From Alphaproteobacteria bacterium (GTDB lineage: Bacteria > Pseudomonadota > Alphaproteobacteria > RS24), in the NCBI GenBank assembly GCA_029253645.1, contig JAQWZC010000098.1, positions 1 to 51,725 on the forward strand: DNA of 51,725 bases, given 5' to 3'. This document shows, piece after piece, positions 1 to 10,261 of this stretch (position 1 is the stretch's first letter; each line of letters starts with the position of its first letter). The notes beneath the pieces were generated by a model. It worked only from the letters and a program-made list of their open reading frames with translations. It searched no databases and had not been told where the DNA came from. Made by a program: the position numbers and the translations under genes.

Positions 1-171
1 CTGCATTGGCTGACCCTGCCCGCCGCGCGCAAGCTCGACCTGCCCGCCATTACGCGGTCCGTCATTGATATGGTGGAAGAGCGGATGAAACTCGACCGCA
101 AGGCGCAGATGAAAAAACCCGCACCTTATGTACGCTTCATCAACGGCAAACCGGTGATTACCGAGCTTTAG
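1..171 (+). CDS. 3' end of a CDS, probably the NUDIX hydrolase often found upstream of rpmG in alphaproteobacteria (partial)
   Basis: Frame 1 is open from base 1 to TAG at 169-171 (LHWLTLPAARKLDLPAITRSVI...). The product call rests on recalled C-terminal pattern and synteny. Confidence 0.55.
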   Translation: MHWLTLPAARKLDLPAITRSVIDMVEERMKLDRKAQMKKPAPYVRFINGKPVITEL

Positions 172-177
172 TTAAGG

Positions 178-205
178 TTGACAAGCGCCGTGAAATGCCT
201 ATTTT
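178..205 (+). promoter_or_regulatory. Putative sigma70 promoter of rpmG
   Basis: TTGACA (178-183), 16-nt spacer, TATTTT (200-205), about 50 nt upstream of the rpmG ATG. Confidence 0.55.
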
Positions 206-252
206 CACGCCCACACGCCGCTTTGAGCGCATTCGTTTTAAGGATTTGACCG

Positions 253-420
253 ATGGCAAAACCAACAACAGTTAAAATCAAGCTGGAAAGCACTGCCGGC
301 ACCGGTTTTTACTATGTCACCAAGAAAAATGCCCGCACCATGACTGAGAAAATGGTCGTTCGGAAATATGATCCGGTTGCGCGCAAGCATGTAGAATTCA
401 AGGAAAACAAAATCAAGTAA
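253..420 (+). CDS. rpmG: 50S ribosomal protein L33 (55 aa, no Zn motif); not in the ORF track
   Basis: Manual translation gives [63 protein letters not shown] upstream. Confidence 0.97.
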   Translation: MAKPTTVKIKLESTAGTGFYYVTKKNARTMTEKMVVRKYDPVARKHVEFKENKIK

Positions 421-441
421 ATCACTTGATCTTGTTGACTG

Positions 442-468
442 AAAGGCGTCCTCTGGGGCGCCTTTTTT
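442..468 (+). terminator. Intrinsic terminator after rpmG
   Basis: AAAGGCGTCC-tctg-GGGCGCCTTTTTT hairpin with U-tract. Confidence 0.8.
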
Positions 469-510
469 ATTGCTATTGTTCTTTGCCACAAACAACCTAA
501 TTATAACGCC

Positions 511-789
511 ATGCAGCAAGAAGAAGCCGAAATTCTGGCCCTGAAAGCCCTTTCCTATTTGGCAGGCATTGACGAGATGATGGATCGTTTCGCCGCCCTG
601 TCGGGCATTGGCACGGGCGATATTTTGGAACGCGCCCAAGACCCCGAAATGCTGGCCGGTGTGCTGGATTTCTTTTTGTTTGACGAAGCGCTGCTGACCG
701 AGTTTTGCGACGCGCATGAGATTAACCCCGAACATCCGGCGCAAGCCCGCATGGCCCTGCCAGGCGGTGACTTGCCCCATTGGACATGA
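511..789 (+). CDS. DUF3572-family protein
   Basis: AEILALKALSYLA...RF...P..LAGVLDF...DEALL...LPGG pattern. This family typically lies near dinB in alphaproteobacteria. Confidence 0.8.
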   Translation: MQQEEAEILALKALSYLAGIDEMMDRFAALSGIGTGDILERAQDPEMLAGVLDFFLFDEALLTEFCDAHEINPEHPAQARMALPGGDLPHWT

Positions 790-800
790 GTGACGTGTAA

Positions 801-1463
801 ATGAGTAATATTGAACCGCAGATTATGGCGCAGCTTGAAGCTCTGAGCCTCGACCCGAACCGCCCGCTTATTATCAGTGATGCCGATGAGGTATTGCTGA
901 AATTTATGGAGCGGGTTGAGGTTTATCTCGAAGGCATTGGCCTTTGGATTGACCTACAAAATTTTGGGCTGACCAATAATATCAAATCGAAAGAGACCAA
1001 TGAGCCGGTCAAAATCCCAACGCTGATTGATGATTTCTTCGCCGCCGAGACGCCGCATATTGACGCCGCAGATGGCGCGGCCCATGTATTATCAGCACTG
1101 TCGGCGCAGGCGCAAATTATTGTGCTAACCAATTTGCCCGCCGACCATAAACAAGCGCGCATTGACAATCTTAAAGGCCACGGCATGGATTATCCGGTTG
1201 TCGTGAATAGTGGGCTGAAAGGCCCCGCCGTGAAATGGCTGGCTGATAAAGTAGCCGGGCCGGTTTTCTTTCTCGACGATATACCGCACAATATCAACTC
1301 GGTGGCGGAGGACGCGCCCGATGTGCATTGCATTCATTTTATTGCCGACCCGCGTCTGCAAAAATTGATTGGCAAAGCCGATGGCGCAACCACCCGCATC
1401 GATATTTGGGCCGAGGTGCATGACTATATCGCAGGACATATCAGCGACGACGAAAACGGGTGA
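801..1463 (+). CDS. Conserved HAD-superfamily-like protein
   Basis: Motif I DADEVLL, motif II LTN, a conserved K (GLKG) and motif IV FLDD. Confidence 0.7.
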   Translation: MSNIEPQIMAQLEALSLDPNRPLIISDADEVLLKFMERVEVYLEGIGLWIDLQNFGLTNNIKSKETNEPVKIPTLIDDFFAAETPHIDAADGAAHVLSALSAQAQIIVLTNLPADHKQARIDNLKGHGMDYPVVVNSGLKGPAVKWLADKVAGPVFFLDDIPHNINSVAEDAPDVHCIHFIADPRLQKLIGKADGATTRIDIWAEVHDYIAGHISDDENG

Positions 1464-2742
1464 CGCGCCGACGGCCAATGCCGGGCTATGCCGCGACTGT
1501 TTGAACACCGGCACATTTGAGGCCGATGAAACGCGCTGCCCGTCTTGCCATTCCCCGCGCCTTGTTAAGCATGATGAGCTGATGCAACTCGGCGTGGCGC
1601 ATCTCGATTGCGATGCGTTTTATGCGGCGGTTGAGAAACGCGACAATCCGGAACTGAATGATAAGCCGGTGATTATCGGCGGCGGACGGCGCGGCGTCGT
1701 CTCGACCTGCTGCTATATTGCCCGCATTCACGGCGTGCATTCCGCCATGCCGATGTTTAAGGCCACCAAAGCCTGCCCCGAAGCGGTGATTATCAAACCC
1801 GATATGGAAAAATATGGCCGCGTTGGCCGCGAAGTGCGCGACCTGATGCGTGAATTGACGCCTTTGGTCGAGCCGCTATCAATTGATGAAGCGTTTATGG
1901 ATTTACGCGGCACGGAGCGTCTGCATGGCGGCGCGCCTGCCGAAAGCCTGATGCGACTGACCAATCACATTGAAAAAGAGATTGGCATTACGGTCTCCAT
2001 CGGCCTCAGCCATAATAAGTTTCTCGCCAAGCTGGCCTCTGATTTAAACAAGCCGCGCGGCTTTTCGATTATCGGTGAGGCCGAGACGCTGAGCTTTCTC
2101 GCCACATTGCCGGTCGGCGCAATTTGGGGGGTCGGCAAAGCCATGCAGGCGCGGCTGGCGCGTGATGGTATTCGCCAAGTGGCGCAATTACAAAAAATTG
2201 ACGAAAGCGAATTGGCGCGCCGCTATGACTCAATGGGCTTGCGATTGGCGCGTTTGGCGCGAGGCCAAGACAGCCGCAAAATCGTGCCCAGCACAGCCGC
2301 CAAATCGATCTCCAGCGAGACCACTTTTAATGAGGATTTAAGCGACGCCAAGGCGCTTGAAAAGCATCTTTGGTGGCTGGCTGAGAAGACCGCCAAACGC
2401 TGCAAGACTAAAGGCGTGGCAGGCAAAACCGTGGTGCTGAAGATGAAAGCCGATAGATTGTCATCGCTGACCCGCAATGTCTCGCTGCCCGACCCGACGC
2501 AATTGGCCGATGTGATGTTCGATAAGGGGCGCAAAATGATGCGGCAAATCCTGAAAGAGCATCCGGGACAAAAATTCCGCCTTATCGGCATTGGTGTCGC
2601 CGGATTGGTGGACGACCAATTGGCTGACCCGCTCGACCTTGCTGACCCCGATAAGGGCCGCCGCAAAGCGGCTGAGCAGGCGATGGACAGCCTGCGCCAT
2701 AAATTTGGTGACAGCAGCATTAAAAAAGGCCGCAGCCTGTAG
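1420..2742 (+). CDS. dinB: DNA polymerase IV with N-terminal Cys4 Zn ribbon (start uncertain; ORF open from 1369)
   Basis: HLDCDAFYAAVE, SIDEAF and KFLAKLASDLNKPRG motifs. N-terminal CRDC...CPSC. Confidence 0.93.
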   Translation: MTISQDISATTKTGDAPTANAGLCRDCLNTGTFEADETRCPSCHSPRLVKHDELMQLGVAHLDCDAFYAAVEKRDNPELNDKPVIIGGGRRGVVSTCCYIARIHGVHSAMPMFKATKACPEAVIIKPDMEKYGRVGREVRDLMRELTPLVEPLSIDEAFMDLRGTERLHGGAPAESLMRLTNHIEKEIGITVSIGLSHNKFLAKLASDLNKPRGFSIIGEAETLSFLATLPVGAIWGVGKAMQARLARDGIRQVAQLQKIDESELARRYDSMGLRLARLARGQDSRKIVPSTAAKSISSETTFNEDLSDAKALEKHLWWLAEKTAKRCKTKGVAGKTVVLKMKADRLSSLTRNVSLPDPTQLADVMFDKGRKMMRQILKEHPGQKFRLIGIGVAGLVDDQLADPLDLADPDKGRRKAAEQAMDSLRHKFGDSSIKKGRSL

Positions 2743-2792
2743 GCTGAACCGCTAACATATGGCAAACTTTGCCCTAGATAAGTAATGAGAAG

Positions 2793-3263
2793 ATGATGAG
2801 CGCAATCGACACAATTATTGATGAAATGGGCCTGACCCTGCCGCAAGCAAAAGCCCCTTTGGGCGCTTATGTACCCGTTGTGCAGAGCGGCCATTTGCTG
2901 ATGATTTCGGGGCAAGGGCCGATTGGCGCAAGCGGTGCCAGCATTACCGGCCGCCTTGGCGACGGGCTGGAAATTGAGGATGGCACACGCGCCGCGCAAA
3001 TGGCCGGACTGAACATTATCGCGCAAATAAAGACCGCGCTTAATGGCGACTTTGAGCGGCTCACGCGCATTGTGCGGCTCAACGGCTTTGTCAATACGAC
3101 GCCCGATTTTACCCACCACCCCGCCGTCATAAATGGCGCGTCTGAGTTGATGCATGATGTGTTTGGCGAGCGCGGCGTGCATAGCCGCATTGCCGTCGGC
3201 GTTGCCAGCCTGCCAATGAATTGGGCGGTTGAGATTGACGCGGTGATTGAGGTTGCCGAATGA
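2793..3263 (+). CDS. RidA/YjgF-family protein
   Basis: P..AYVP...ISGQGP, VINGAS, HSRIAVGVASLP...AVEID. Confidence 0.9.
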   Translation: MMSAIDTIIDEMGLTLPQAKAPLGAYVPVVQSGHLLMISGQGPIGASGASITGRLGDGLEIEDGTRAAQMAGLNIIAQIKTALNGDFERLTRIVRLNGFVNTTPDFTHHPAVINGASELMHDVFGERGVHSRIAVGVASLPMNWAVEIDAVIEVAE

Positions 3264-4459
3264 GCGAGGCCGCAGCCGTTCAGTTGAAAGTTCTGACCAG
3301 CCTGACTGCCATTGCGGCGGCGGATTGGGACGCCTGCGCCAATCCTGACAGCCAGATTTATAATCCGTTTCTGCGCCATGCGTTTTTATTGGCGCTTGAG
3401 GAGAGCGGCTCGGCGGTTTCTGAAACCGGTTGGCTGGGACAGCATTTGGTGCTGGAAGACGCCGACGCCAAAGTGCAGGCGGTGATGCCGCTTTATTTAA
3501 AGAACCACAGCCAGGGCGAGTATATTTTTGATTATGGCTGGGCCGATGCGTTTCATCGCGCCGGTGGCAATTACTATCCCAAGCTGCTGAGTGCCGTGCC
3601 CTTTACCCCGGCGGGCGGGCGACGCCTTTTGGTGCGCGACGGGCCGAATGCGGCGGGATATGAGACCAGCCTGCTGGCCGGTAGCCTGACCCTGCTCGAC
3701 AAGCTGCAATCCTCTTCCTTGCATTTTAATTTTCTGCCCGAAGAGAGTTGGGACGCGCTGGGCCGACAGGGCTTTTTGCAGCGCACCGACCAACAATTTC
3801 ATTGGATGAATGACGGCTATCTGAGTTTTGACGCGTTTTTAGAGGCACTGGCCTCGCGCAAGCGTAAAAATTTGCGAAAAGAACGCGCCAAAGCCTTGGA
3901 AAATGGCATTGAGGTGGAGTGGTTGACCGGCGACGCGTTGACCGAAGAACATTGGGACGCATTTTTTCACTTCTATATGGATACCGGCCATCGCAAATAT
4001 GGCACGCCCTATCTCACGCGGTCGTTTTTCTCCATGATAAGCGCCAGCATGCCCGATGATGTGTTGCTGATTATGGCCAAGCGCAACGGGCAATATATTG
4101 CCGGTGCGCTCAACTTTATCGGCGGGGACACGCTGTTCGGGCGCAATTGGGGCTGTATTGAAGACCACCCGTTTCTGCATTTTGAGCTGTGCTATTACCA
4201 AGCCATTGATTTCGCCATTGAACGCGGTTTAAAGCGCGTTGAGGCGGGCGCACAAGGCACGCATAAGCTGGCGCGCGGATATGTGCCGCATCGCACCTAT
4301 TCGGCGCATTACATCGCGCATGAGGGCTTGCGCGAGGCGGTCGGCAACTATCTTGAAAGCGAGCGGCAATATGTGGACAATGACATCGCCGTATTGAGCA
4401 ATCACACGCCGTTTAAGAAAAACCAAGCCGAGGGACAAGATAATGATCAAACTGGATGA
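3260..4459 (+). CDS. GNAT/FemAB-like (DUF482) protein
   Basis: HSQGEYIFDYGWA, YYPKL...VPFTP, LHFELCYYQAI, EAGAQG.HKL.RGY.P. Confidence 0.88.
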   Translation: MSEAAAVQLKVLTSLTAIAAADWDACANPDSQIYNPFLRHAFLLALEESGSAVSETGWLGQHLVLEDADAKVQAVMPLYLKNHSQGEYIFDYGWADAFHRAGGNYYPKLLSAVPFTPAGGRRLLVRDGPNAAGYETSLLAGSLTLLDKLQSSSLHFNFLPEESWDALGRQGFLQRTDQQFHWMNDGYLSFDAFLEALASRKRKNLRKERAKALENGIEVEWLTGDALTEEHWDAFFHFYMDTGHRKYGTPYLTRSFFSMISASMPDDVLLIMAKRNGQYIAGALNFIGGDTLFGRNWGCIEDHPFLHFELCYYQAIDFAIERGLKRVEAGAQGTHKLARGYVPHRTYSAHYIAHEGLREAVGNYLESERQYVDNDIAVLSNHTPFKKNQAEGQDNDQTG

Positions 4460-4874
4460 CGCTTACGACGAGAATAATATCTTCGCCAAAATTCTGCGTG
4501 GCGAGATGCCCAATATCACGCTTTATGAGGATGATAAGACGCTGGCGTTTATGGATATCATGCCGCAAGCCGTGGGCCATTGTCTGGTCATCCCGAAGGA
4601 GCCTGCCGTGACTTTTCTCGATTTATCAGAGGATGGCGCAGCGGCGGTGATGGCGACCGCCAAAAAAGTCGCCGCCGCCGTGGTGCAGGCGATGGATGCT
4701 CCGGGCTTTATGATGGCGCAGCTCAACAGTTCTGCCGCCGGTCAAACCGTGCCGCATTATCACATGCATATTCTGCCGCGCCATGATGGGCTGGAGCTTG
4801 AATTTCATGCGCGCAAGCCTGAAAACATGGCGGTGCTGAATGAAACGGCGGAAAAAATCCGCGCGCATCTCTAG
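4443..4874 (+). CDS. HIT-family hydrolase
   Basis: NIFAKI and AGQTVPHYHMHILPR (histidine triad). Confidence 0.93.
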   Translation: MIKLDDAYDENNIFAKILRGEMPNITLYEDDKTLAFMDIMPQAVGHCLVIPKEPAVTFLDLSEDGAAAVMATAKKVAAAVVQAMDAPGFMMAQLNSSAAGQTVPHYHMHILPRHDGLELEFHARKPENMAVLNETAEKIRAHL

Positions 4875-4877
4875 GTA

Positions 4878-7181
4878 TTAATTAACCTTTTCGGAGGGCT
4901 TGCCGGATTTCTTGCTCGGCTTGTCTTCCTTATATTTAAAGGTCAGTTTTTTCGCCTTATCAAGGTCAACCATCACCAAACCACCGCCTTGCAGCTTGCC
5001 GAACAGCAATTCATCGGCCAGCGGTTTCTTGATGTTTTCCTGAATGATACGCGCCATAGGCCGCGCGCCCATTAGCGGGTCATATCCCTCTTCGACCAGC
5101 CAATCCATAGCTTTGCGCGACACTTCAATAATCACATTGCGGTCAGAGAGTTGCATTTCCAATTCGAGAATAAACTTCTCAACCACCCGCACGACAACCT
5201 CCGGCGGCAAATTGCCAAACGGCACAACGGCGTCGAGGCGATTGCGAAACTCCGGCGTGAACATGCGGTTAATGGCTTCCCTGTCCTCGCCCTCGCGGCG
5301 CGTCCGGCCAAAGCCCATCGGCTCTTTCGCCATATCAGAGGCACCGGCATTGGTCGTCATAATGACAATCACATTGCGGAAATCGACCTTGCGGCCATTG
5401 GCATCGGTCAGGCTGCCATGGTCCATCACCTGCAACAGCACATTGAACAAATCAGGATGCGCTTTTTCAATCTCATCGAGCAGCAACACGCAATGCGGGT
5501 TCTGGTCAATACCATCGGTCAGCAGGCCGCCTTGGTCATAGCCGACATAGCCGGGAGGCGCACCGAGCAGGCGCGAGACCGTGTGGCGTTCCATATATTC
5601 CGACATATCAAAGCGCAGCAATTCAACCCCCATAGCCGAGGCCAGTTGACGCGCCACTTCGGTTTTGCCGACGCCTGTCGGGCCGGAAAATAAATAACTG
5701 CCAATCGGCTTTTCAGGCTCGCGCAAACCGGCGCGGGATAATTTGATAGAGGCCGCCAGCGCAGCAATCGCCTCATCCTGCCCAAAGACAACGCGCTTCA
5801 GCGTGACATCGAGACCCTTAAGCTTCTCCGTATCGTCTTTCGACACGGTTTTTGGCGGTATGCGCGCCATCGTGGCAATGGTCGCCTCAATGTCTTTGAC
5901 ACTTACGGTTTTTTTGCGCTTGGAGGCGGGCAGCAGCATTTGCGATGCGCCGACTTCATCAATCACATCAATTGCCTTATCCGGCAGCTTGCGGTCGGCC
6001 ATATAGCGCGACGACAATTCAACTGCCGCCTTTAACGCTTCATTGGTGTAGCGAATGGCGTGAAAATCCTCGAAATAGCTTTTCAGCCCTTGCAGAATTT
6101 TAATCGTATCCGGCACACTCGGCTCATTCACGTCGATTTTTTGGAAACGACGGGCCAAGGCGCGGTCTTTTTCAAAATGCTGGCGGAACTCTTTATAAGT
6201 GGTTGAGCCCATGCAGCGCAGGCCACCGCTTTGCAATGCGGGTTTCAGCAAATTGGAGGCATCCATCGCGCCGCCCGAGGTCGCGCCCGCACCGATGACG
6301 GTGTGAATTTCATCAATGAACAAAACCGCTTCCGGCATTTCTTCCAGCTCGGCCATGACTTGCTTTAGGCGCTCTTCAAAATCGCCGCGATAGCGCGTTC
6401 CGGCCAGCAGCACGCCCATATCAAGCGAATAAATGACGTTATCGTGCAAGACATCCGGCACATCGCCCTCAATGATTTTGCGCGCCAGCCCTTCGGCAAT
6501 GGCGGTTTTGCCAACGCCCGGGTCACCGACCAAAAGCGGGTTGTTTTTATTGCGGCGACACAGAATTTGAATGGCGCGCGAGACTTCTTTTGAGCGCCCA
6601 ATGAGCGGGTCAACTTTACCCTCGCGGGCTTTGTCGTTCAGATTAACGCAATAGGCCGCCAGCGCTTCGCCATCCGGCACGCCGTGGCCCTCATCGCCCA
6701 TATCCGATGCGCCCTCAACCGAGCGCGTTTCGGCTTTGCCCGGTTTTTTGGCGACACCATGCGAAATAAAGTTCACGGCATCATAGCGCGTCATTTCTTG
6801 CTCTTGCAGGAAGTAAGCCGCATGGCTTTCGCGCTCGGCAAACATGGCGACCAGCACATTGGCTCCGGTCACCTCATCGCGGCCCGAGCTTTGCACATGA
6901 ATAACGGCGCGCTGAATGACACGTTGAAAACCGGCGGTCGGCTTGCAGTCTTCGTCATCCTCAATCACCAGTCCGGTCAATTCATTGTCGATGTAATTGG
7001 TCAGATTATTGCGGAGCAATTCAATATCAACGCCGCAGGCTTCCATCACGGCAATGGCATCGACATCCTCGGTCAGCGCCAACAGCAAATGTTCCAGCGT
7101 CGAATATTCGTGGCTGCGGTCATTGGCCAGCACCAATGCGCGGTGCAATCCTTGCTCAAGTTCTTTTGAAAATGCGGGCAC
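4878..7181 (-). CDS. clpA: ATP-dependent Clp protease ATP-binding subunit ClpA
   Basis: Two AAA+ modules ([16 protein letters not shown]) and a Clp N-domain. Lies downstream of clpS. Confidence 0.97.
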   Translation of the reverse strand: MPAFSKELEQGLHRALVLANDRSHEYSTLEHLLLALTEDVDAIAVMEACGVDIELLRNNLTNYIDNELTGLVIEDDEDCKPTAGFQRVIQRAVIHVQSSGRDEVTGANVLVAMFAERESHAAYFLQEQEMTRYDAVNFISHGVAKKPGKAETRSVEGASDMGDEGHGVPDGEALAAYCVNLNDKAREGKVDPLIGRSKEVSRAIQILCRRNKNNPLLVGDPGVGKTAIAEGLARKIIEGDVPDVLHDNVIYSLDMGVLLAGTRYRGDFEERLKQVMAELEEMPEAVLFIDEIHTVIGAGATSGGAMDASNLLKPALQSGGLRCMGSTTYKEFRQHFEKDRALARRFQKIDVNEPSVPDTIKILQGLKSYFEDFHAIRYTNEALKAAVELSSRYMADRKLPDKAIDVIDEVGASQMLLPASKRKKTVSVKDIEATIATMARIPPKTVSKDDTEKLKGLDVTLKRVVFGQDEAIAALAASIKLSRAGLREPEKPIGSYLFSGPTGVGKTEVARQLASAMGVELLRFDMSEYMERHTVSRLLGAPPGYVGYDQGGLLTDGIDQNPHCVLLLDEIEKAHPDLFNVLLQVMDHGSLTDANGRKVDFRNVIVIMTTNAGASDMAKEPMGFGRTRREGEDREAINRMFTPEFRNRLDAVVPFGNLPPEVVVRVVEKFILELEMQLSDRNVIIEVSRKAMDWLVEEGYDPLMGARPMARIIQENIKKPLADELLFGKLQGGGLVMVDLDKAKKLTFKYKEDKPSKKSGKPSEKVN

Positions 7182-7200
7182 GTTCAGCTCCTTAATCCGA

Positions 7201-7572
7201 TCAGTCTTTTTCCATTGTGCATTGCAGCGGATGGTCGTGCTGCCGTGCCATATCCATTACTTGAGTTACTTTGGTTTCCGCTACTTCATACGTAAACACA
7301 CCGCAAATCCCGACACCATTCTGATGCACATGCAGCATGATTTTGGTTGCATCTTCGGCACTCTTTGAAAAAAAGCGCTGTAGGACATAAATCACAAACT
7401 CCATCGGCGTGTAGTCATCATTCAGCAGCAGGACTTTATACATGGCGGGTTTCTGGGTCTTGGTGCGCGTCAATGTCACCGTACCGGCATCATTGCCGCC
7501 ATCTTTCCCGTTATCTTTCCCACCGGGTTTTTTGTCCTGCATGGTCACTTTATCGTCATTCGGAATCATCAT
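7201..7572 (-). CDS. clpS: Clp protease adaptor ClpS
   Basis: [30 protein letters not shown]. Confidence 0.97.
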   Translation of the reverse strand: MMIPNDDKVTMQDKKPGGKDNGKDGGNDAGTVTLTRTKTQKPAMYKVLLLNDDYTPMEFVIYVLQRFFSKSAEDATKIMLHVHQNGVGICGVFTYEVAETKVTQVMDMARQHDHPLQCTMEKD

Positions 7573-7678
7573 GCGTTAATGTTACCCCGAATTCTAACTG
7601 CATCAAGTGAAACCACACTTATGCAATTATCTATGTGGGTGCGTTTCCAAAGCAAATGCCAGTTGCTAATATGCGCTC

Positions 7679-8845
7679 ATGAGGAGCGATTCCGTGTTCA
7701 TCTTAAAACTTGCCACCATCGTGTTAACCCTATGTTTTTCATGGGGTTTAACCGATAATGCGCGCGCGGCGCAGTTTTCTTCGATTGTTATTGATGCGTC
7801 AACCGGGCGCACTTTGCACCAATATCGCGCCAATCAGCAGCGTTATCCGGCCAGTTTGGCGAAAATGATGACGCTTTACATGATGTTTGAGGAGATTGAG
7901 AGCGGCCGCATGAAGCCGAATACGAAAATTCGTGTCTCGCGCAATGCGGCGCGGCAACCGGCCAGCAAGCTGGGCCTTCGCACCCGCTCCACCATTACCG
8001 CCCGTATGGCCATGCAATCGCTGATTGTGAAATCGGCCAATGATGTCGCCACCGCCGTGGCCGAACATATTGCCGGTTCTGAGGCCAAATTTGCGCGGCG
8101 CATGACCGGCAAGGCGCGCCAACTTGGGCTTTATGATACGCGCTTTACCAATGCGTCGGGGCTGTATCACTGGCGGCAGCAAACCACGGCGCGTGATATG
8201 GCGCGGCTGGCCAATCTGCTGCTCAATCGTTTTCCGCATTTCGAGACGGTCTGGCGGCTGCGCGAGTTCGACTATCGGGGAAAAACCTATATCAGCCATA
8301 ACCGCCTGCTGAGCCGCCTTTATGGCGCGATGGGCATGAAGACCGGTTATATTCGCGCATCGGGCTATAATCTGGCGACCGCCGTGCAGCGTGACGGCAA
8401 GCGCGTGATTATTGTGGTGCTGGGCAGTGACTCGCCGCAAACCCGCGACCGCCGCGTCACCTCTTTGGCCGAGCGCAGCCTCGCGCGCGCCGTGCCGATG
8501 CCAACGCCTTCCATCGCCGCCGCCAAGCTGCAACGCGCCGCGCAATGGCTCGACCGCCCGGCCGATACCTTGCTGTCGCAAGCCGGTCAGACCGGCGACC
8601 GTCAGGATTGGAAAATTCAGGTCGGCGCATTTTCCGCATCCAATCATGCCCGCAGCCAGTTGCAACGTGTGCGCCGTGTGCTTGGCACGCATCTTGAAAT
8701 GGCGGAAGAAAGCACCGAGCCGTTTGAGAAAAACGGCAAGCGGATTTATCGCGCGCGCTTTGCCAATTTGTCGGAGCCACAAGCCTTTTCCCTATGCGAC
8801 AGGCTGCGCGATGTGACGCCCAATTGCCTGCCTATCGGGCCTTAA
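7679..8845 (+). CDS. D-alanyl-D-alanine carboxypeptidase (peptidase S11) with C-terminal SPOR domain
   Basis: Signal peptide, PASLAK (SxxK), SAN, KTG. C-terminal WKIQVGAF...YRARF. Confidence 0.9.
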   Translation: MRSDSVFILKLATIVLTLCFSWGLTDNARAAQFSSIVIDASTGRTLHQYRANQQRYPASLAKMMTLYMMFEEIESGRMKPNTKIRVSRNAARQPASKLGLRTRSTITARMAMQSLIVKSANDVATAVAEHIAGSEAKFARRMTGKARQLGLYDTRFTNASGLYHWRQQTTARDMARLANLLLNRFPHFETVWRLREFDYRGKTYISHNRLLSRLYGAMGMKTGYIRASGYNLATAVQRDGKRVIIVVLGSDSPQTRDRRVTSLAERSLARAVPMPTPSIAAAKLQRAAQWLDRPADTLLSQAGQTGDRQDWKIQVGAFSASNHARSQLQRVRRVLGTHLEMAEESTEPFEKNGKRIYRARFANLSEPQAFSLCDRLRDVTPNCLPIGP

Positions 8846-9294
8846 TCATCGAGTAAAATATCGCGCGCCTCATTCAGCCGCGCTGCCAGCCAATCCGTGC
8901 CGCCTTGGTCGGGATGATTTTTGACAATCAACGCCTTATAGGCGGCTTCAATCTCATCGGGGGTAGCCCCCTCTTGCAGCCCTAAAATTTCCAATGCCTC
9001 AGCCCGCCCCATCGTCTTGCCGCGCTGCGCCGCATTGCGCCCGGTGGGTTGCGCGCCGGCGCGAATTTGGCGGGCCAGTAAATAAGCCCGCATGCCCCAA
9101 AGCGCCAACGCTCCGGCGGGCGCGGCCAGCCCATAGCGTCCGGCAATGGCAAAAATCAGCAAAGCAGTGGCGGCGGCGATAAACACAATGGCCAAAGCGG
9201 TGAGTTTTAAGGTGCGCGCCGTAACTTGCGTCACCAACGCAATCAGCAATAAGCCGACGAGCAATAAAGCAATGCCTAATCCGAGAAAGCCCAT
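8842..9294 (-). CDS. Membrane-anchored J-domain (DnaJ-like) protein
   Basis: Hydrophobic N-terminus. C-terminal EALEILGL...HPDQGG...LNEARD. Confidence 0.88.
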   Translation of the reverse strand: MGFLGLGIALLLVGLLLIALVTQVTARTLKLTALAIVFIAAATALLIFAIAGRYGLAAPAGALALWGMRAYLLARQIRAGAQPTGRNAAQRGKTMGRAEALEILGLQEGATPDEIEAAYKALIVKNHPDQGGTDWLAARLNEARDILLDD

Positions 9295-10172
9295 CAGGCG
9301 CTCTTATCTACCGGCTCCACATGCAAGCCGGGCAATTGCAGGGCCGCCAGCATGGCCGCCAATTCGGCGCGGGCAGCGACATGGCTCATGGTCAGGCCGG
9401 GGCCAGTTTCATCATCGGTTAAATCAAGCAGGGTCAATCCGGCAGGATACATTTCGCGATACACCACCCGCTCAGAAAAGCCGGGCACTTCCCGAAAGCC
9501 GAGACGTTTGGATAATTCGGTCAAAGCGGATTCAAGTCTCTGCCGGTTTTTGGCATGAATGTGACTGGTGCGATTACGCATAACCACCCAATCAATCGAC
9601 CCGCCATCGGCCTGCGCGCGCGCCTTGCGGCACGACCAGACTTTTTCGGCGTAAATACTCGGCGACACGATATTGAGCGTTTCAGGGTCAACTTTGGCCA
9701 GCAGGTCAAAATCCACAAAGCTCTCATTCATCGGCGTGATGAGCATATCGGCAGCGGCATGACCGAGACGGGCGAAATAACTATCTGCGCCCGGGCAATC
9801 AATGACGACAAAATCATTGCGTGTGCGTAATTGACCCAACGCATTCACAAAGCTGTCCGCCTCTTCGCGCTGTCGCTCGACAATGGTTTGCCCGCGCGGC
9901 GGTTCCAGCACAATTTGCTCGGGCATGGAGATGTCACGCTGGCCGACCCAAAGGCGGCGATGGTCAATATAATTGCTGAGACTGCGCTGGCGAATATCCA
10001 AATCAATCGCGCCAACGCGCTTACCGGCGTTTAAAAGCGCAGCGATAAGATGCATGGAAACGGTGGTTTTCCCTGCGCCACCCTTCTCATTTCCGACGAC
10101 AATAACAAATGGCCCCGCCTCTGACGCGGCCTCATTTTGCTCGGGTGCTTCATTTTGGCCGATCGCGTCCAA
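9294..10172 (-). CDS. mipZ: Division-plane positioning ATPase MipZ (likely TTG start at 10172)
   Basis: GNEKGGAGKTT, DLDIRQ, TPMNESFVDFDLL, W..RK.R, ERVVYREMYP.GLTLLD, SHVAARAE. GAAGGA RBS before the TTG. Confidence 0.9.
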   Translation of the reverse strand: MDAIGQNEAPEQNEAASEAGPFVIVVGNEKGGAGKTTVSMHLIAALLNAGKRVGAIDLDIRQRSLSNYIDHRRLWVGQRDISMPEQIVLEPPRGQTIVERQREEADSFVNALGQLRTRNDFVVIDCPGADSYFARLGHAAADMLITPMNESFVDFDLLAKVDPETLNIVSPSIYAEKVWSCRKARAQADGGSIDWVVMRNRTSHIHAKNRQRLESALTELSKRLGFREVPGFSERVVYREMYPAGLTLLDLTDDETGPGLTMSHVAARAELAAMLAALQLPGLHVEPVDKSA

Positions 10173-10261
10173 AACTTTTCCTTCATTTTTGTGTGTTTTG
10201 ATTATAAACCCGATTCCTGAGAAGCGCTGCAATCTGTGTTTGTCGCTTAAAGGAATTTGAA

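Noticed and set aside
238-780. 180-aa minus-strand ORF
   Set aside because: It overlaps rpmG, its terminator and the DUF3572 gene on the opposite strand.
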